Below, in pieces: positions 14,433-29,576 of a stretch of 64,000 nucleotides of DNA. The position numbers and the translations under genes were made by a program. Location of the stretch: the NCBI GenBank assembly GCA_951406725.2, contig OX597825.1:87420001-87484000 (forward strand), read 5' to 3'. How positions within the stretch are numbered: position 1 is the first letter of the stretch; each line of letters begins with the position of its first letter. Below the pieces are notes generated by a model. It was given only the letters and a program-made list of their open reading frames with translations, searched no databases and was not told the origin of the DNA. The DNA comes from Octopus vulgaris (Eukaryota).

Positions 14433-14555
14433 TTAACTATTTACCGCACGCTCACATGGACCCCCGGCCTTCCGACTGACTTTGGAGTTCCTAATTCGCA
14501 CGGATTAAATTACTTTGTCCATTCGGAATACGCCATTTCTGTATCTTGATTGTGA

Positions 14556-14722
<167 letters not shown>

Positions 14723-14813
14723 GTGTGTGTGTGTGTGTGTTAATGTTTTGTTGTCCGTGTTGTCTCCCACCACTCATACACATACACACGCACACACGCA
14801 CATATACACACAC

Positions 14814-14848
<35 letters not shown>

Positions 14849-16794
14849 TTTCATTTGATATTATAATAAAAACAATTTTAAGCTGAACTCAAAGATTACT
14901 CAATACTTCCGCTAGAGTATGAATTTATACTTTAATAAAACTCGTATTGACCTTACTGCTAACCTGACTTTTGACTTAGAGGTATCAGCCAGAGAAGCCA
15001 GCATCGGACGTTGGTTAAAGTTAAGGAATTTTGAGAGGGAGAAGAAATATAAATCTATATAGTGCACATTTACGAGGTCTGTAAATATGAACACACACAC
15101 ACACATACATGCATGTATGCGAGTGCATCTGCATATTTCTGTATGTATACATATATGTGCATGTATATATGTATTCGTAAGAGTCGTTCAGTCAATGAAG
15201 CAAAGTTGGTAGAAACTCAGGAAGTCTGAAAAACTTCATTTAAGGTTTATAATATTCGCACTTCTTTTCACACAATGGAGTCTTCCCAAGACACTGTGTC
15301 CCAACTCTATTTTCTAACATACGTTCAAGGCCATACAATATTTCAGTTCTTAATTCAAGGCAAAGAAGGCCTCACAAACTGACGCCCTTTTATACTCCAA
15401 TACATTTTACTCGTTATTCAAGCCATTCTGACAATTTACAAAATTCGCCTTTCTACACTTGCCGGCTCTACAAGAGGAGATCCCCAGAAATCTTATATAA
15501 TTCTTATATAATTCCCGTTCAAACCGGAGACCTTTCTGCTTCAATAGAGACAATAACTGTGACTGATCTTAATGCCCTAACGCCCAGCATTGAGTATAAC
15601 AATACGACCAACTCCTTTTCCTCCATCCACAAATATGTATGTTTAAGTAATACAATTTGATCAACTGCTTAAATATTTATAAGTATATTGTAAATTCTTA
15701 CTACATTTGAAGATTATTCGAAAATAGTTGAAAATATTCAGTGTGGAATATTGTACTTTGTATGTACCTTACACTAATTCTAATGTCTGATAACATCACA
15801 TAATTTAAACATGTTTTCACTAATTTGAAATTTAGCCAATACAATTACTTGGCTGTTTTTATACCTTGCGCTTGTTTTTAGGTACTAAAAGATGGTCATA
15901 AAATAGTTCTTACAAGACGCAGGTGTTTTCAAATTGTATGCTTAATTGTGCCATTAATATTTTAGTTGCATTCAATTAATATGTAATTGAAGACTACAAC
16001 AGGCTTTACTGGTTCTGTTTTACTCTTATACTTCGGTAATTGAACATACATATACGTAAAAAAATATTTTGCTTTGTCTGAATAGTAGAAAGGAATTGCT
16101 AATGATATCGCTATTCATGCTTGAAAGTTGAAGTCAGAGAATCAAAGCAGTTTAATTTCAGTGAAATGTCTAAATTAAGATATCATAGATAAATATAATT
16201 GGTGGATATATTATTTGTTTTTTTGTTAAACATTGATTTAGCTGAAACGATTCAATTTTCAAACTCTATTACTGATTAACCTGAGAAGACTCTACAGTAC
16301 GCATCTAAGCGTAGTCATTATTGCGGGTATTATTGCCAATGGAATAATTCTTAGCGTTCTTATTTTTGATATAATAATCTCGGCAATCGAAGAGTGTAAT
16401 ATCTCAGCTTATGGAACTCTGAATTACTGCGCTTGCATTGATGCAGGCTTACTTTATTTTCATGTATTAGACATCTAGGCCTCAGACAATATTGAAAATG
16501 TAAGATAACCTGAATCCAGATGTGGTTGCTTACTTCTTCAAATAATCAGAATAATGAAATGTCAGTATGTCACTTTGCTCTTCCAAACAAAATCAGATGT
16601 ATTTCATACATCTAACCACAAACATACTTTATTAACTCGATTGTATGATATCGAAATCAAAGCAAGGAGCAAATGAATAAATCAACATTCCCAATTTATT
16701 GAGAATTCATTCAGATAAATCCTTTCTTTTACGTCCACACGACTTACTGTTCAATCAAATATAAGCAAATATATTCTTTATATTCATCCACACA

Positions 16795-17150
16795 CAGCCC
16801 CAGGCGAATCTGTATGGAAATAAGTTTGCTCCGCAATCAGATGGTTCTGGGTTCAGTCCCACTACTGTGTGGCACCTTGGGCAATTGCCTCCTACTATAG
16901 CTTCGGGCCGACCAAAGACTTGTAAGTGGTTATGGTAGACGGAAACTGAAAGGAACCCTTCGTATATAAATGTATATGTATGTGTGTTTGTTTGTTTGTG
17001 TGCGTGTGTGTGCGTGCGTGTGTGCACGTATCTGTGCTTGACTCCTATCATTTCTTGACAACCATGTGTTTACATTCCCATAACTTAAATGAGTATGAAA
17101 CTTCCAAACTTCCAAAGAGGATTGCAGTCTAATGACGGAAACAAGTAAAA
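16795..17150 (+). mobile_element. Decayed SINE family B copy
   Basis: gggttcagtcccact..gtggcaccttgggcaa..ctactatagcttcgggccgaccaaag..gtagacggaaactgaaag. Confidence 0.75.
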
Positions 17151-17151
17151 C

Positions 17152-17523
17152 AAACAAGAGCACTCAGAAAGTGCTAAGTCCACCATGGCAACACCAGCAT
17201 CCTCTCAACAATTAGCCAGAGATGATTTTTATTATGAGAATATCTAAAATAAACGCGACTGCTCTCACAAACGAGAACACTAAAAATGAACCCGACCGCT
17301 CTCAAAAATTAAATGCAAAAAACAGAAAAAATAATCCAGAATCCTTGCGCTGTACCCAATCAATTCCAAAATCTAATCAGTTCGTGCCAACCACGTGGCC
17401 AAACATCTCTGAAAGTTTCATCCGAATCCATCCAACGGTTCTTGAGATATATTGTCCACTGACTAACAAACAATGCAACACGACTGAAAACAATACGTCC
17501 GCCTTAACGAAGACAGAGTTAAT
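17152..17523 (+). mobile_element. Helentron-associated (HINE/DINE-like) non-autonomous element
   Basis: aaacaagagcactcaga.agtgc start, gaaagtttcatccgaatccatcca..ggttcttgagatat core, and decayed terminal hairpin gaaaacaatac.tccgcctt..gaagacagag. Assignment is from recalled resemblance. Confidence 0.55.
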
Positions 17524-18354
17524 AGATGCATCCAGTATTACTGTCATCCATTATGACCTGAATTTTTGAAGCCTGCTCACTGGTACTGAATTGGTTAAAC
17601 CTTTAGCGCGTAATCAAACACATTGTTTTAACATTAACACATGAAATATAAATACAAAAAAAAGAATGAACACTCCCGAAAGAGTGTCTTATCTAACGAA
17701 TATCATGCTTAGTATGCTGCAACACTAAATCTAACCATTACGGTGTTTTATGATACCATCTACGTGTAACAATATTAAAACACCTCGCTACAACTTTACA
17801 CGACGCGTTATCAGAAGAGGATCTGACATTATTCCTTTTCAAACATGTCTCTCTAACATGTTTACCTTATTTTGAATAGAGATGCCGAAATGTTTAAGAA
17901 TGAAATTTTGAGGATTTTTGATAATTTCAAAAAAGTAAATATTTACAGCATTTACATTTTTGTTAGTTAACCATTCTGAGTTTGAATTGCTGCAATAATT
18001 TCTATGTTTGATCCTTTTAATTATCTCAAAGTTGAATATTTATTGGAGAATAGGTAGAAGAATGCTTGAAGATCGTGTAGTATATAAATGTCGTGTCAAG
18101 TATAAGTGACATGGTCTACCTACGATTGCTAATCAGAGCCACCTGGCAGAATCTGTACTTTGAGAACATAACTATATGATAGTCACCACTAGTATTGGTC
18201 TATTTTAAGAAATCGTAATCCTATATTCTCTTAAGTAAGATACTGCCAACTGCATTCATCCCATTATATTGCTTAGTAATCATCACAAAGTCGGTTCGAT
18301 AAACAGCAATTGTATTGCGTGCTTTAGGTTTAGGGGAGCTAACGGCAAAATGTA

Positions 18355-18717
<363 letters not shown>

Positions 18718-19058
18718 GAAAGAGAGAGAGAGAGAGAGTGAGTGAGAGAAGGATATTTGTCTGATCGAGGGATGTATGTGTGATCGAGGGTGTAGTCCGA
18801 TGTAGTTCCAGACGGGGATCCAATGGGTGTCCAATATGTAAGCTAATCCTAGGATCAAAGTAATCAAATGCGTGAGTATGCGATAATAAATGAAACCAAA
18901 TACAAATAACAACCAAACAACACAATTCCAAGAAAGGTTCACACGTAATGTAATTAAGTTGACGCTCAGAAAAGGAAACATTTCTGAAGTAATCCGTTCT
19001 TTATTGTAAAACATAGTAATATAGAATGCAGCGAACATTAGATTTTTGTTTTCTTTAT

Positions 19059-19123
<65 letters not shown>

Positions 19124-19124
19124 T

Positions 19125-19332
19125 TTTCAAAATGTAACCTCATGTGAATCGTTGGCGAGTTTCTCCGTCCGTTTTCGTTTCTATTGGACGTTCCTCTGTT
19201 TCTGAAGAAGAGCGTTGCTCGAAATGTTAAACCTTCATACCTTCCTTCCCCGAACGTCTGCTAATACTTTACATGTAGCATGTCCTCGCAGGGTTGCTTC
19301 TTTGTGTTTGTTCTTCCATTTTTTTGATCTAC

Positions 19333-19333
<1 letters not shown>
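19125..19333 (+). mobile_element. Short hammerhead-bearing pLTR-like element between two (TA)n tracts
   Basis: Flanked on both sides by (TA)n. Shares caaaatgtaacc..atgtg.atcg.tg and ctaatacttt.catg motifs with the 14.2-14.4 kb copy. Confidence 0.7.
19198..19232 (+). ncRNA. Minimal type-I hammerhead ribozyme motif, same strand as the host gene
   Basis: GTTT-CTGAAGA-A-GAGC-GTT-GCTC-GAAA-TG-TT-AAAC. Perfect stems I and II and canonical core; the loop-III C appears changed to T (CpG-type decay). Confidence 0.72.
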
Positions 19334-19400
<67 letters not shown>

Positions 19401-19819
19401 CATACACACATACATGCGTAAATGTCCAACAATGAAAATGAGTCCTCAACACCGGATTGGTGGATATGATTTCTTTATTTGTGAATTAAGGCTACCATTG
19501 GTTTCATGTTAAGTAAAGTAGAAAATATCCTAGTGACTTAACAATTTTTCAAGCCGATCACATGTTGGAAAGGAATTCGCCTCCATTTTGGAAAACAGTC
19601 TCGTTTAGGTCACGTAGGTTCACGTAAATTCACGTGAATAAAACAATGAATCAAGGAATTAAGGGACGTTACTTTTGGGTGGCATCATTTGGATGTTTGT
19701 TTCCTTTGGTCAATTTGTTTTTGTATCCTGAGATAGTTTGTTATTGGGGCATATTTCTTCTTTGTGTGGAGTTTCTACTATGTGTGTTCACGTTTCGGAA
19801 AGGGGCTAACCTGGTTGGG

Positions 19820-20020
19820 TTATAGGGACTCCTCTTTGAAATATCTGGGTGTAAAATATTGCTTGTGGATGCAGGGAGAGCTTTCATCCCTAATTTTTAG
19901 GATGTTATCTGTTGATTGTATAATGTTTAATTTTTCAGTAATAGAGAGTTCACATATAATACCCCTTCCTTTGTATTTTTTGGCATTGCTCCAAGGCGCA
20001 CCTTGGAAGTGCTCATTCAC
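19820..20020 (-). pseudogene. Degenerate C-terminus of a second Penelope-like GIY-YIG ORF
   Basis: KYKGRGIICELSITEKLNIIQSTDNILKIRDESSPCIHKQYF aligns by eye with PFDKGRKFCNICNSQLFHILFSKDSLVNTLIEKSYKCKHWQKHTF of the 3932-4399 ORF. Confidence 0.55.
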
Positions 20021-20119
20021 CCATGCAAGCAGTTTAGCTTCCTGAATGTAGCTAATCTATCGCTGGCTGTAAATAGTAACACCCGAAGTCACAAAAACAA
20101 AAAAAAGGAGGAAACATTG

Positions 20120-20580
20120 TCAGTGGCTGTGACAGCCGCCCAAACCATACGTCAAGGTGGATTTTGACTTCAATTTACGAGTCTCCTCGAATGAAGCTAG
20201 ATAGACTTCAAAGTCAGTCCTTCTGGTGGCTTACTCTTTGTTCGCTGTCAAATTTCTTTTCATAGGTGAACACCAAGTTGGGCAGCGTGCCTTCAGCAAT
20301 TTAACGCAAGACCAGAGGACTTCTCTCCAGTCTCAAGGCCTTATAAATTTACGTGAGCTAATGGAGGTGAAGCAAATTGTAGGGCTGGGGGTGCTGAGAT
20401 CCCTCTCAGTACTCGATACATCGATGTTCGGCTTAATTTTGCTGTGGCAGCCAGTTTTCTGACAGAACGACCAGCATTTCGCCGTATCTTTTCTCTCGCA
20501 TTTTTACGAAGCTGAGGGGTTTGCGCACTTCTTTTCGGCCACGTCCAGGTCTCTCGGCGGTAGATTCAGTCTCTTTAATT
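20120..20580 (-). pseudogene. Tc1/mariner (maT-like) transposase remnant, N-terminal half
   Basis: Frameshifted translation RPGRGRK..QTPQLRKNAREKIRRNAGRSVRKLAA (HTH region), GTLPNLVFTYEKKF (decayed first catalytic D) and VWAAVT. Confidence 0.72.
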
Positions 20581-21442
20581 TTTTTAATAATTCTCCGAAC
20601 TGTTGTTCGTTTAATTTGAAGTTTTGTTGTTATAGCTGTATTCTTTCGCTTCCTTTCTGATTGGTTATGATTGTATTTCCGAAATGAAACTTTTAAAGTG
20701 TTACTGCAAAAGTTATTAAACAGTAACTGAAGGGTGAACAGTGAATGATATGATTAAAAAGAACCTACAACGTGGTGTTACCAGAAGCAATGCTTATTTA
20801 CATTTTGTTATGAATATCTAATTCTATTTTGTATAACTATACAGTAACATCATTTAATTTTAGCGAAAGTAAATAGTTTTCGAAATAGAAAATCAGTCCG
20901 TGCCAATCGAACACAACACCGATAGGGAAAAAATATAGAAATTGTTGAGGTGAAGTGTTGAAGTGCCTTCAGCAAATTTGCTTAAAGTTCACATCAATCT
21001 TCTAGACCAGGAGCGATCAATTCAAATGACAGACGTAGCTAAGTTACGTTTTCACATAAATTGTTGCTGAAATCTTATGATTTTCAAATCGTATCAAATA
21101 TAGTTGACATTATTAATCCTTGGCTCGCTGAAAAAAAAAAGCATTACCATAAAAATAAAATCCATTTCATTAGAGACGTTAATTTTGCAATATCAAATGA
21201 TTCCTTTTTATTTTGCCACAGATTCTAAATCCAGAGATTTTTATGACATTCGTTTTCATCAATTAAGCTTAGTTTCCGTGTTTTTTATAACCAAAATAAT
21301 GCTTATATAAGGAAAGGGTGTATGCATACATACAAACATACATACATATATACATACATTCGTACATACATACATACATATATATATACATACCTATACA
21401 CACATATATATATATAATCTAAAAAGTTGCCCTTTTAATTTG

Positions 21443-21514
<72 letters not shown>

Positions 21515-23540
21515 ATGTACAAATTTTACCCGTATCGAAGTTCGAAAAGCTGAAAAAATTGTTTCAAAGCTCACGATTAGTAGCAGTCAACATGAATCCC
21601 TTGACGACAATGTTAACTCTTTTTTATCAAGGCATCTTTGACTCGATGGGTAGCGAGCGGATTACTTCTCGTTTGGATAATTACTACTTCCGAGGTTCCA
21701 TTAGCTAGGAAACATATATAGCCTGCATTTTATCTACACCATTCCCTAACTTTGTATACATACATACATACATACATACATACATACATACATACATACA
21801 TACATACATACATACATACATACATGTACATATGTATGTACACAGTAATGTCTATAAAATATGTTTTGAAATTCAAGAACACATATTTATGTAAATTTCT
21901 ATATACGTGTGTGAGTATATACATTTAATAAATGCAATATTGATTTCTTTTCTTACACATATAATCCGATTATAATCTTGCTCTGAGCAGGATTCAAGGA
22001 GAAAGATTATAGTAATCCAGCACGGTAAAAAAAAAAACACCGATTAATACACGAGTTGCTAGAAAACATTTTCCCGATCAATTAATTCTGTGACAAATGA
22101 CAGCTGAACGAAATCTCAGTTGAAAACAATGTTTTGGTTATTAAATATATTACAGTACTCTGTTTGCACTTTAACAGGAAAACGAATGAAAGCAACTTGA
22201 TGTACTCCTTTTCAAGTCACCAACATAGTAGAAAGGAGCGCTATAAAGATAGATATCGTTCTTAGACAGACAGTCAACGATATTGCTATAATCATCAAAG
22301 AATTAATGACTAAGCTGTCGAGACACTTTGGAAACTGGAAACAAGAAACAAAAAAAAGGGAAAATTAAAAGTTCCCCAGAACTATGTGAATTTCCATTTA
22401 CAATTCCTGTAGCGCAAAACGATTCACGCCTTAATAGGTATCAGTTTCATAAGGTTGGATATAACTGAACAAAGCGCCGTTATATCTAACGAAACATCGT
22501 GAGAAATTTGAGAAAGGCCATGGAAACAAGAAATTTACAATAATTTCAACTGAGGCACGTTTGGATATCCTTAGAATAAGGACATATATACGAAATGCCC
22601 CTCTCCTAAATCCCGACGAACTAATCAGTTAATCTTAAAGGACACACATCTGCATCTATGCCATAATTCGATGAGTTAATCTCTATATATACCAAAATCT
22701 TTATGAATAACCTATTACTTTTGTCATTAGTAAATTGCTGTTAAAGTTGTTAGCCATTTAAATTATTTAAAAGAAGCATTTAATAAATTTTAACTACCAT
22801 ATTAGATAGATAACTAAACTATAACTTAATGATTTTAAACATAAACAGTTTTAAATCTAAAATTATTGTCTATGAACCATTGAAGAAATGCATTCGCAAC
22901 ATCTAAAACGTTTCAAAACAACTGATATGATTCTAATAATTGCTGCAGCTTGAAATAACCTTCATTAATTACACTTTTTCATTCCTTAAATTTAGTTAGC
23001 ACTGAAATAATGGTAGTTGTTGGGTGTCGGAATTAAATTGAACAGTGAATGTCCCGCTGAAAATATCGACTGATAAATAGTGATTTAGGAGACGACTTTA
23101 AATATCTTTCAAATCTACAGTCTGTAATTCAATAATAATGGATTTTAAACATAATTTAATTAACACGAGATGCTCTTGTTAACAGAACCGTGTGTTGCTC
23201 TCATCTAAGAATATGTAATACAAATACAGAAGACGAAGTCGTTTTATTTTCTAATAATATTAAATGATTCACCGTGATGAAACAAATAAAGAGATTTTAA
23301 AGAGGAAAAACATAGAAACTATAAATATTTACTCGAACCGAATAACTGACAACTGGTATAATTTTGTAATTAATCAAAATACTCTGGCCTTCTATTCTTT
23401 ATGTTGTTTAGCTGCAGCTTTAGTATCTACTCAAATATCAGAGTTGTTCCGAGACTCTGCAACTCATGGTGGAGAGGTGTCCTTTCCAAGGAATTTGTTC
23501 TTTTATAGTTCCAAGCAGAAAAGAAATCATAATAATACTA

Positions 23541-23746
23541 ATCCCTTCTACTATAGGGATAAAGCCTGAAATTTTGTGGGAGGGGGCCATCCGATTAGAT
23601 CGACCCCAATACGCAATTGGTACTTAATTTATCGACCCCGAAGGGATGAAAGGCAAAGTCGACTTCGGCGGAGCTTGAACTCAGAACGTTAAGACAGACA
23701 AAATAGCGCTGAGCATTTCTTCTAACGCGCTAACGATTCTACCAGC
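23541..23746 (-). mobile_element. SINE family A copy (inverted)
   Basis: ggtacttaatttatcgaccccgaagggatgaaaggcaaagtcgac...gaactcagaacg...gctaacgattct.ccagct is the reverse complement of family A. Confidence 0.85.
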
Positions 23747-24081
23747 TGGGGGAGCATCATTGCCATGTGTTGAGAGGGATTCTTTGGGGTTTGAATAATT
23801 CACCTCTGAAAACATGGGTATTTCGTTCAACATACTTAAACAACCCTTATTCAGGGACCTTTTGAGCGGGATGTGTTACTCGACCAGAAGAAAATTCTAA
23901 CTGGGCCCCACCTGTAAGGTCATGTGCTGTTTACCTTGATAAGAGTTCACCATGTCGCGCACATATGGTTGCGATGCATGTGAGTGGTGTAACATTATCA
24001 GAAGGTTAGTCATGATTGGTATATTGGGCTTCGTAGATTTTCATCGCAGTGTCACTTTGATGGCATGCATTGCTCTTTCTC
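23747..24081 (+). mobile_element. 5'-truncated copy of the (AAT)n-tailed element
   Basis: tgggggagcatcat...cagtgtcactttgatggcatgca..gctct..ctc(AAT)n matches ~44265-44600. Confidence 0.85.
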
Positions 24082-24181
<100 letters not shown>

Positions 24182-24371
24182 GTAATAATAATAATAATGA
24201 TGATGATAATAACACATACATACACACAAACATACATGCATCCATATATATATATACACACACACAAATAGATTTAGCAGGATAACTGTCTGTTAAAGAA
24301 CAAGTGGAACGATATATGAATGTGTATATATGTAAATATATATTTTTTATCTATGTATCTCTCATTCTTTC

Positions 24372-24429
<58 letters not shown>

Positions 24430-25954
24430 TTATGTCTATATATATGTAAATAAATATGTGTGCGTTTGTGTGTATGTGTACAGTGCGTGTGTGTATATAA
24501 TTTTGCGAGTCTGTGTGTAGACATGCCTCGTGTGACAGTTTGTAGAGGTGGCCGTACAGAAGAAAGAGTTAGGAAAGCTCACTTAAGTAGTAATTGAACT
24601 ACATTCAGTAGATGTGTCACTTATGTTTAGTGCCTACTTAACGATGCAATATCGCTTCTAATTCTCTTTGTTGTTATTTTTGTTTTAATGTGAAAATGAC
24701 TTATATTATCATTAACGATTATATTTACATATTCTTAGTTTGATGTTGTCCATGCAATTCTTTTGCTTCTCTAATGATCTATGCAAATTGCTACGGATGG
24801 AATGTTAAAAAGCTGTAATGAATTTCTCTAATAATGGTGAGATAAAATCGTTGTTTAAAAATTACATTATTTTCTTCCCTTTTTCTTTTCTTCATTCTCA
24901 TCTTATATTCCGATGTGAATTAAGATGCAGCTGAAATGTCAAGCAATGTTCTAAAAGATTATTATGTTTAGTAACAATGAAACGAGCTTGTTTATTTCTG
25001 GTGTTGTTGTTGGGTTTTGCCCAGTTCTTCCTAATTTGTTCTTCCTGAGCCATCGACGTAATTTCAACGAAACGCTTTCGTGTATCACACCAAATTTATG
25101 AAAAGAACCAAGTGAATATCTGCTGGTTCCATGCCATGTAATTGGAGTATTTTCTACATAAAATTACATTCAAAATAATTGGGCTGCTTAAAATGTTACC
25201 GTTACCGATAGTTTTAAGGAGAAATTCCATGAGAAACAATGCAAGTACGGACAATGAGGCAAAAAGAAAATAACAATGACAATTCATTGCAATTATGATA
25301 TTAAAATTGTATATCTTGACAGATTTCTAGATATCGTGAGTCAGTAAAAATTGTAGTATACCATTCGTACGCGCACGCACATATACGCAAACACTACATA
25401 CAAAAATATCACCCAAGCATATGTATGTATATATATGTGTGCTCACGGGTGTGTGAGAGAGTGTGTGTGTATGTGTGTCTGTGTCTGTGTCTACCTGTCT
25501 TTATTTACATGTATATGTGTGTAACTGACCCATGCAATTTTTCTATCACATAGCATGATGTGTGTGATGTGTATGAAGACAAAATTATTTTTCTAAAAAT
25601 ATTTTCAAGCCAATATTGGCGATATTCCAGAAGAACCTGTCAATATAATATTGTCATTGAAGCAAACCTTTCCACCGACAATCACCACCCAAACAAAATG
25701 CGTCGCAATATATTTTTCTCTGTATTCGAAGAAAGGTTTTCACTATTCTAATAATAAAACTATAAATTCTATAGTTTTGTTTCCCATTTTGTTTCGTGTG
25801 TTTTAGCTATCATTTAATAACGGTTTGTGATGATGTATTGATTATGTTTTTATTAGACTTATGCTTTGTAAACATGACTATTAATGCATTACCTACATGC
25901 ATGCACCCACATATACAAACATACACACAGTCATATATACATATATGTAAATAT

Positions 25955-26480
25955 ACAAATGCGGTGAATATATTGTCGTCTAAATTACGTAAAAATGAAC
26001 ATTTCGCAATAATGAAAAATCTCAAATTAATAGACATATTAACCAAAAATACGTAAAAATAATGTGAAATACAAAACAGTAATTTCATTCAATAAAATCG
26101 CCATTGGCTTCAACCACGAACTGAAGACTACTTCGGAATTTCCTGCAAATCTTCTGGACGGTCTCCTTGTTTAAGTTGGTGAATGCTGCCATAATCATTG
26201 TCTTCAGTTCATCTTTGGTGTTAGGAGTTTTGTTGGTCTTTTACTCAACTGCGCGCCACACATAATAATCAAGGGTTTGCAATCTGGGGAGTTAGGTGGC
26301 CAGATGTTAGGGGCGATGACTGTGCTCTCCCGCTTGTTTGATGGCATGGTGTAGATATAGGGTCTTCCAGCAGCCACCCTTTTGACCAAAGGCAGCACTA
26401 CCTCCTCCAGGCACTTGATGTAGGCCTCCGAGTCGGAAGATGAATGGAGGCATAACGTCGCCATCACTAGTGATCACTCC
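25955..26480 (-). pseudogene. Tc1/mariner (DD37D/maT-like) transposase remnant, C-terminal half and probable right end
   Basis: GVITSDGDVMPPFIF, AYIKCLEEVVLP, NIWPPNSPDC.PLDYYVW and VVEANGDFIE*, with deletions and frameshifts. Confidence 0.85.
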
Positions 26481-26639
26481 ATATCTTGATTGACTTCTCT
26501 TTGCGCCAACAATGTCCTTTAATCTAGTCAAGATATTCTTGGCCTGAAGAGCAGCCGGCAGTATATACCTCTTGGATATTACCACTTCTGAGGTTCCACA
26601 TATTTGGCCCATATTTCCCCATATTCCATCACGTAACTC

Positions 26640-26674
<35 letters not shown>

Positions 26675-26732
26675 CTAGTTTCAGCTCAGAGCTGCGGCCA
26701 TGTTGATGCACCGCCATTAATATGTATGTATA

Positions 26733-27247
26733 TCTATATATATAAAACTGTAGATGTGTGAGTGTCTGTCTCCTACGATTTAGATTCCTAAATCCTCCCA
26801 CATTTTTCGGTGCAGTTTAACCAAATTCGTATCTTATAGTCGTGATTAATATCAAGCCTGTCTGGCTATTAGCGCGCGTCTACGATGAGTCTACGATTTT
26901 AAAAATAATTTAACATCATTTTTTATTCCATTTTAATGCATAATTTTTCGTGTGTCGATGGCGGCGGAGTTGGCGTCCACGCTCAAACACCTGCACCTGT
27001 GTTTGCTTCTCCCCCTTCTTCCCTTCCTCGTGAAGCTGTAGGGAAGGGAGTTTAAGGAAATCAACGTCGTAATGCGTTGTCAAGGAGACCAGCGTTCTTT
27101 TAGAACAACGACTTCATGGCTTGAAGACACCAAAACAGAAATGGCTAAGAAAGCCCGAATTGGCATCTATAAGGGAATTAACTCTCTAAAAATGCTTATA
27201 TAGTTATTTCCCTTACAAACCCGAGCAACGCCAGGCGATACTGCTAG
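26733..27247 (+). mobile_element. Non-autonomous Helitron-type element
   Basis: Starts a|TCTATATATATAAA and ends with an imperfect GC-rich hairpin (cccgagcaacgccaggcg) followed by CTAG|t, i.e. between A and T. Confidence 0.7.
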
Positions 27248-28468
27248 TATATATATATATATTTTGGAGGAATTATACAAAATATATAAATAGATGATGA
27301 GCAAAATACCAGCACAGTTTCGATTCCCTGTTGTTATCCGCAGATTTACTGCAGGAACTTCGAAGTGGCGGTTGGGGTAACAGTACCAATAAAATAGATG
27401 GAACAAGAAAAGATTTTATTGGGCACCACCCATGGAAAACAGAAAGAATGATCCTTCATCAGTTGTCGATTATCTATCTACTCCTCATTTCGAGCATTGA
27501 GCAACGATGTGAGTCTTCGAGGACAGTTGTTCCCATAAATACCAAAATAAAATTTTGGATTTATGAAGGGTCAAATTTGGGAACAAAAAAAGGAAAGTGG
27601 AGACATACAAAGAAACCGAACGAAAACAAACATGGAGTGTCGTTTGGCCAGAACGAGTGTAAAAAACGAACGCTGGAGAAATATTATATAATACATATAA
27701 GATGCTCATACACACACGTATACCTGTATGTATGAATATAAGCATTTGTGAATCTGTGTTGTATTCTATTTGCGTAAACAACATATATATTTATCATTTA
27801 CAAATGAAATCTTACCATCTGCCATCTTTCCTACCATTTATAACAGTGTCTATTATTCAAATTGATATCTTCATTTCCCATCGGCCCCGGGTTGTTCAAA
27901 TGACTACACTATACAGCTATTCTATTATTAAAGAATAACCTCACCTCCCAGTCGAATGATATATACGGAAGTAAATTGCTATATTGTAAATGAGTAATAA
28001 TAACCTTTACAGTACTGCCTTTTAAACTTTTGATTACAAGTTACAGCGCCCTCATACTAAATCTGTGGACCTCAAGTTCCCAATCACCGGATTATAGCTG
28101 CAAAGTGATTATCTCATCATTTAAAATTCAATCTTTGCATTGATATAGAGATAATTTGCTGCAGATTGCAAACAATGACCCGTAATTATAGCATGGAAAA
28201 TGCGATATCCTTGAAGAGAGATTGTGATTATGCACCTCATAATAATGCCATTCTGTTGCAATTTTCGCTACTCATTATAACTTATGATCGTACTTTACGA
28301 TGGAGTTTAAATGATTGTCAAGATTTATCTAAGCATTGTATATTATGATTAACGTATGTATTATACGAGTAACTGTGGTAATTATCGTGTTGAATTTCAT
28401 ACTAATTATTGACCAAGAAATTAACATGAACGTGAAAATTATTTTTACATTATTTTAATTCATTACAG

Positions 28469-28567
28469 ATGATCGAAATGATAAGAAACTTGCAGGATTC
28501 ATTCAGTGAAATTCTTAAGGAACTGGAATGGATGGATACAGACACACGGAAAGTTGCGCGAGAAAAG
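28469..28567 (+). CDS. Internal exon of an M13 family metallopeptidase (neprilysin/ECE-like): MIEMIRNLQDSFSEILKELEWMDTDTRKVAREK
   Basis: Acceptor ttcattacAG at 28467-68, donor GTAGGA at 28568; 99 nt, phase 0/0, no stops. Carries the M13 L.WMD..T+..A.EK motif and corresponds to the neprilysin segment [33 protein letters not shown] (recalled). Confidence 0.93.
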
Positions 28568-28750
28568 GTAGGAAACACTTTACTGAAATTTATTTAAGGA
28601 ATAATTCACACACACACACACACAAACATACACACTCACACACACTCACACACGTGTATATATATGGATACATATAAGTAAATTCATATATATATGTAAG
28701 TATATTCATATATATGTATGCATATATATATGTATGTATATGTATGCATA

Positions 28751-28803
<53 letters not shown>

Positions 28804-29199
28804 CAGCATATTCATGTACATGTATGTATATATATATATATGTATATACATATATACATATGTATATGTGTGTGTATAAATACATGTGTGTGTGCGTGCA
28901 ATATTTTTGACTAATGCATATATATCGATTAAGGTGGTCACAGATCCGATGCCACTGATCGGCCTATCTGCACAGGCGTTTTAACCATAACTTTGTGTCA
29001 GGGTAAACCTCGTGAAATTTCGTAGATGCAAACATTGGAAGCCTATCTCAGTGCCTGTATTGTAATATTCGTAGCTTGTTACAATGATACGACTGAGAAT
29101 TATGCTTAGTGTACGTGTGACCTTGGAATACACAACCACTAATTTTACGAGGAGGTTTTCAGTTGAGGTTTCTCTTGGAGACTCATACGTTGAATCCAT

Positions 29200-29355
<156 letters not shown>

Positions 29356-29360
29356 ATAAA

Positions 29361-29576
29361 AGGTGGCGAGCTGGCAGAATCGTTAGCACACCGGGCGAAA
29401 TGCTTGGCGGTATTTCGTCTGCCGTTATGTTCTGAGTTCAAATTCCGCCGAGGTCGACTTTGCCTCTCATCTTTCGGACGTCAATAAAATTAGTACCAGT
29501 TACGCACTGGCGTCGATGTAATAAACTTTATCCCTTCCCTCAAAATACTGCTGTTCTTGTGGCAAAATTTGAAACT
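29361..29576 (+). mobile_element. tRNA-derived SINE, family A
   Basis: ggcgagctggcagaatcgttagc head, gagttcaaattcc B box, central gaggtcgactttgcc..catc..tcgg..tc.ataaa.t.agtacc domain. Confidence 0.85.
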
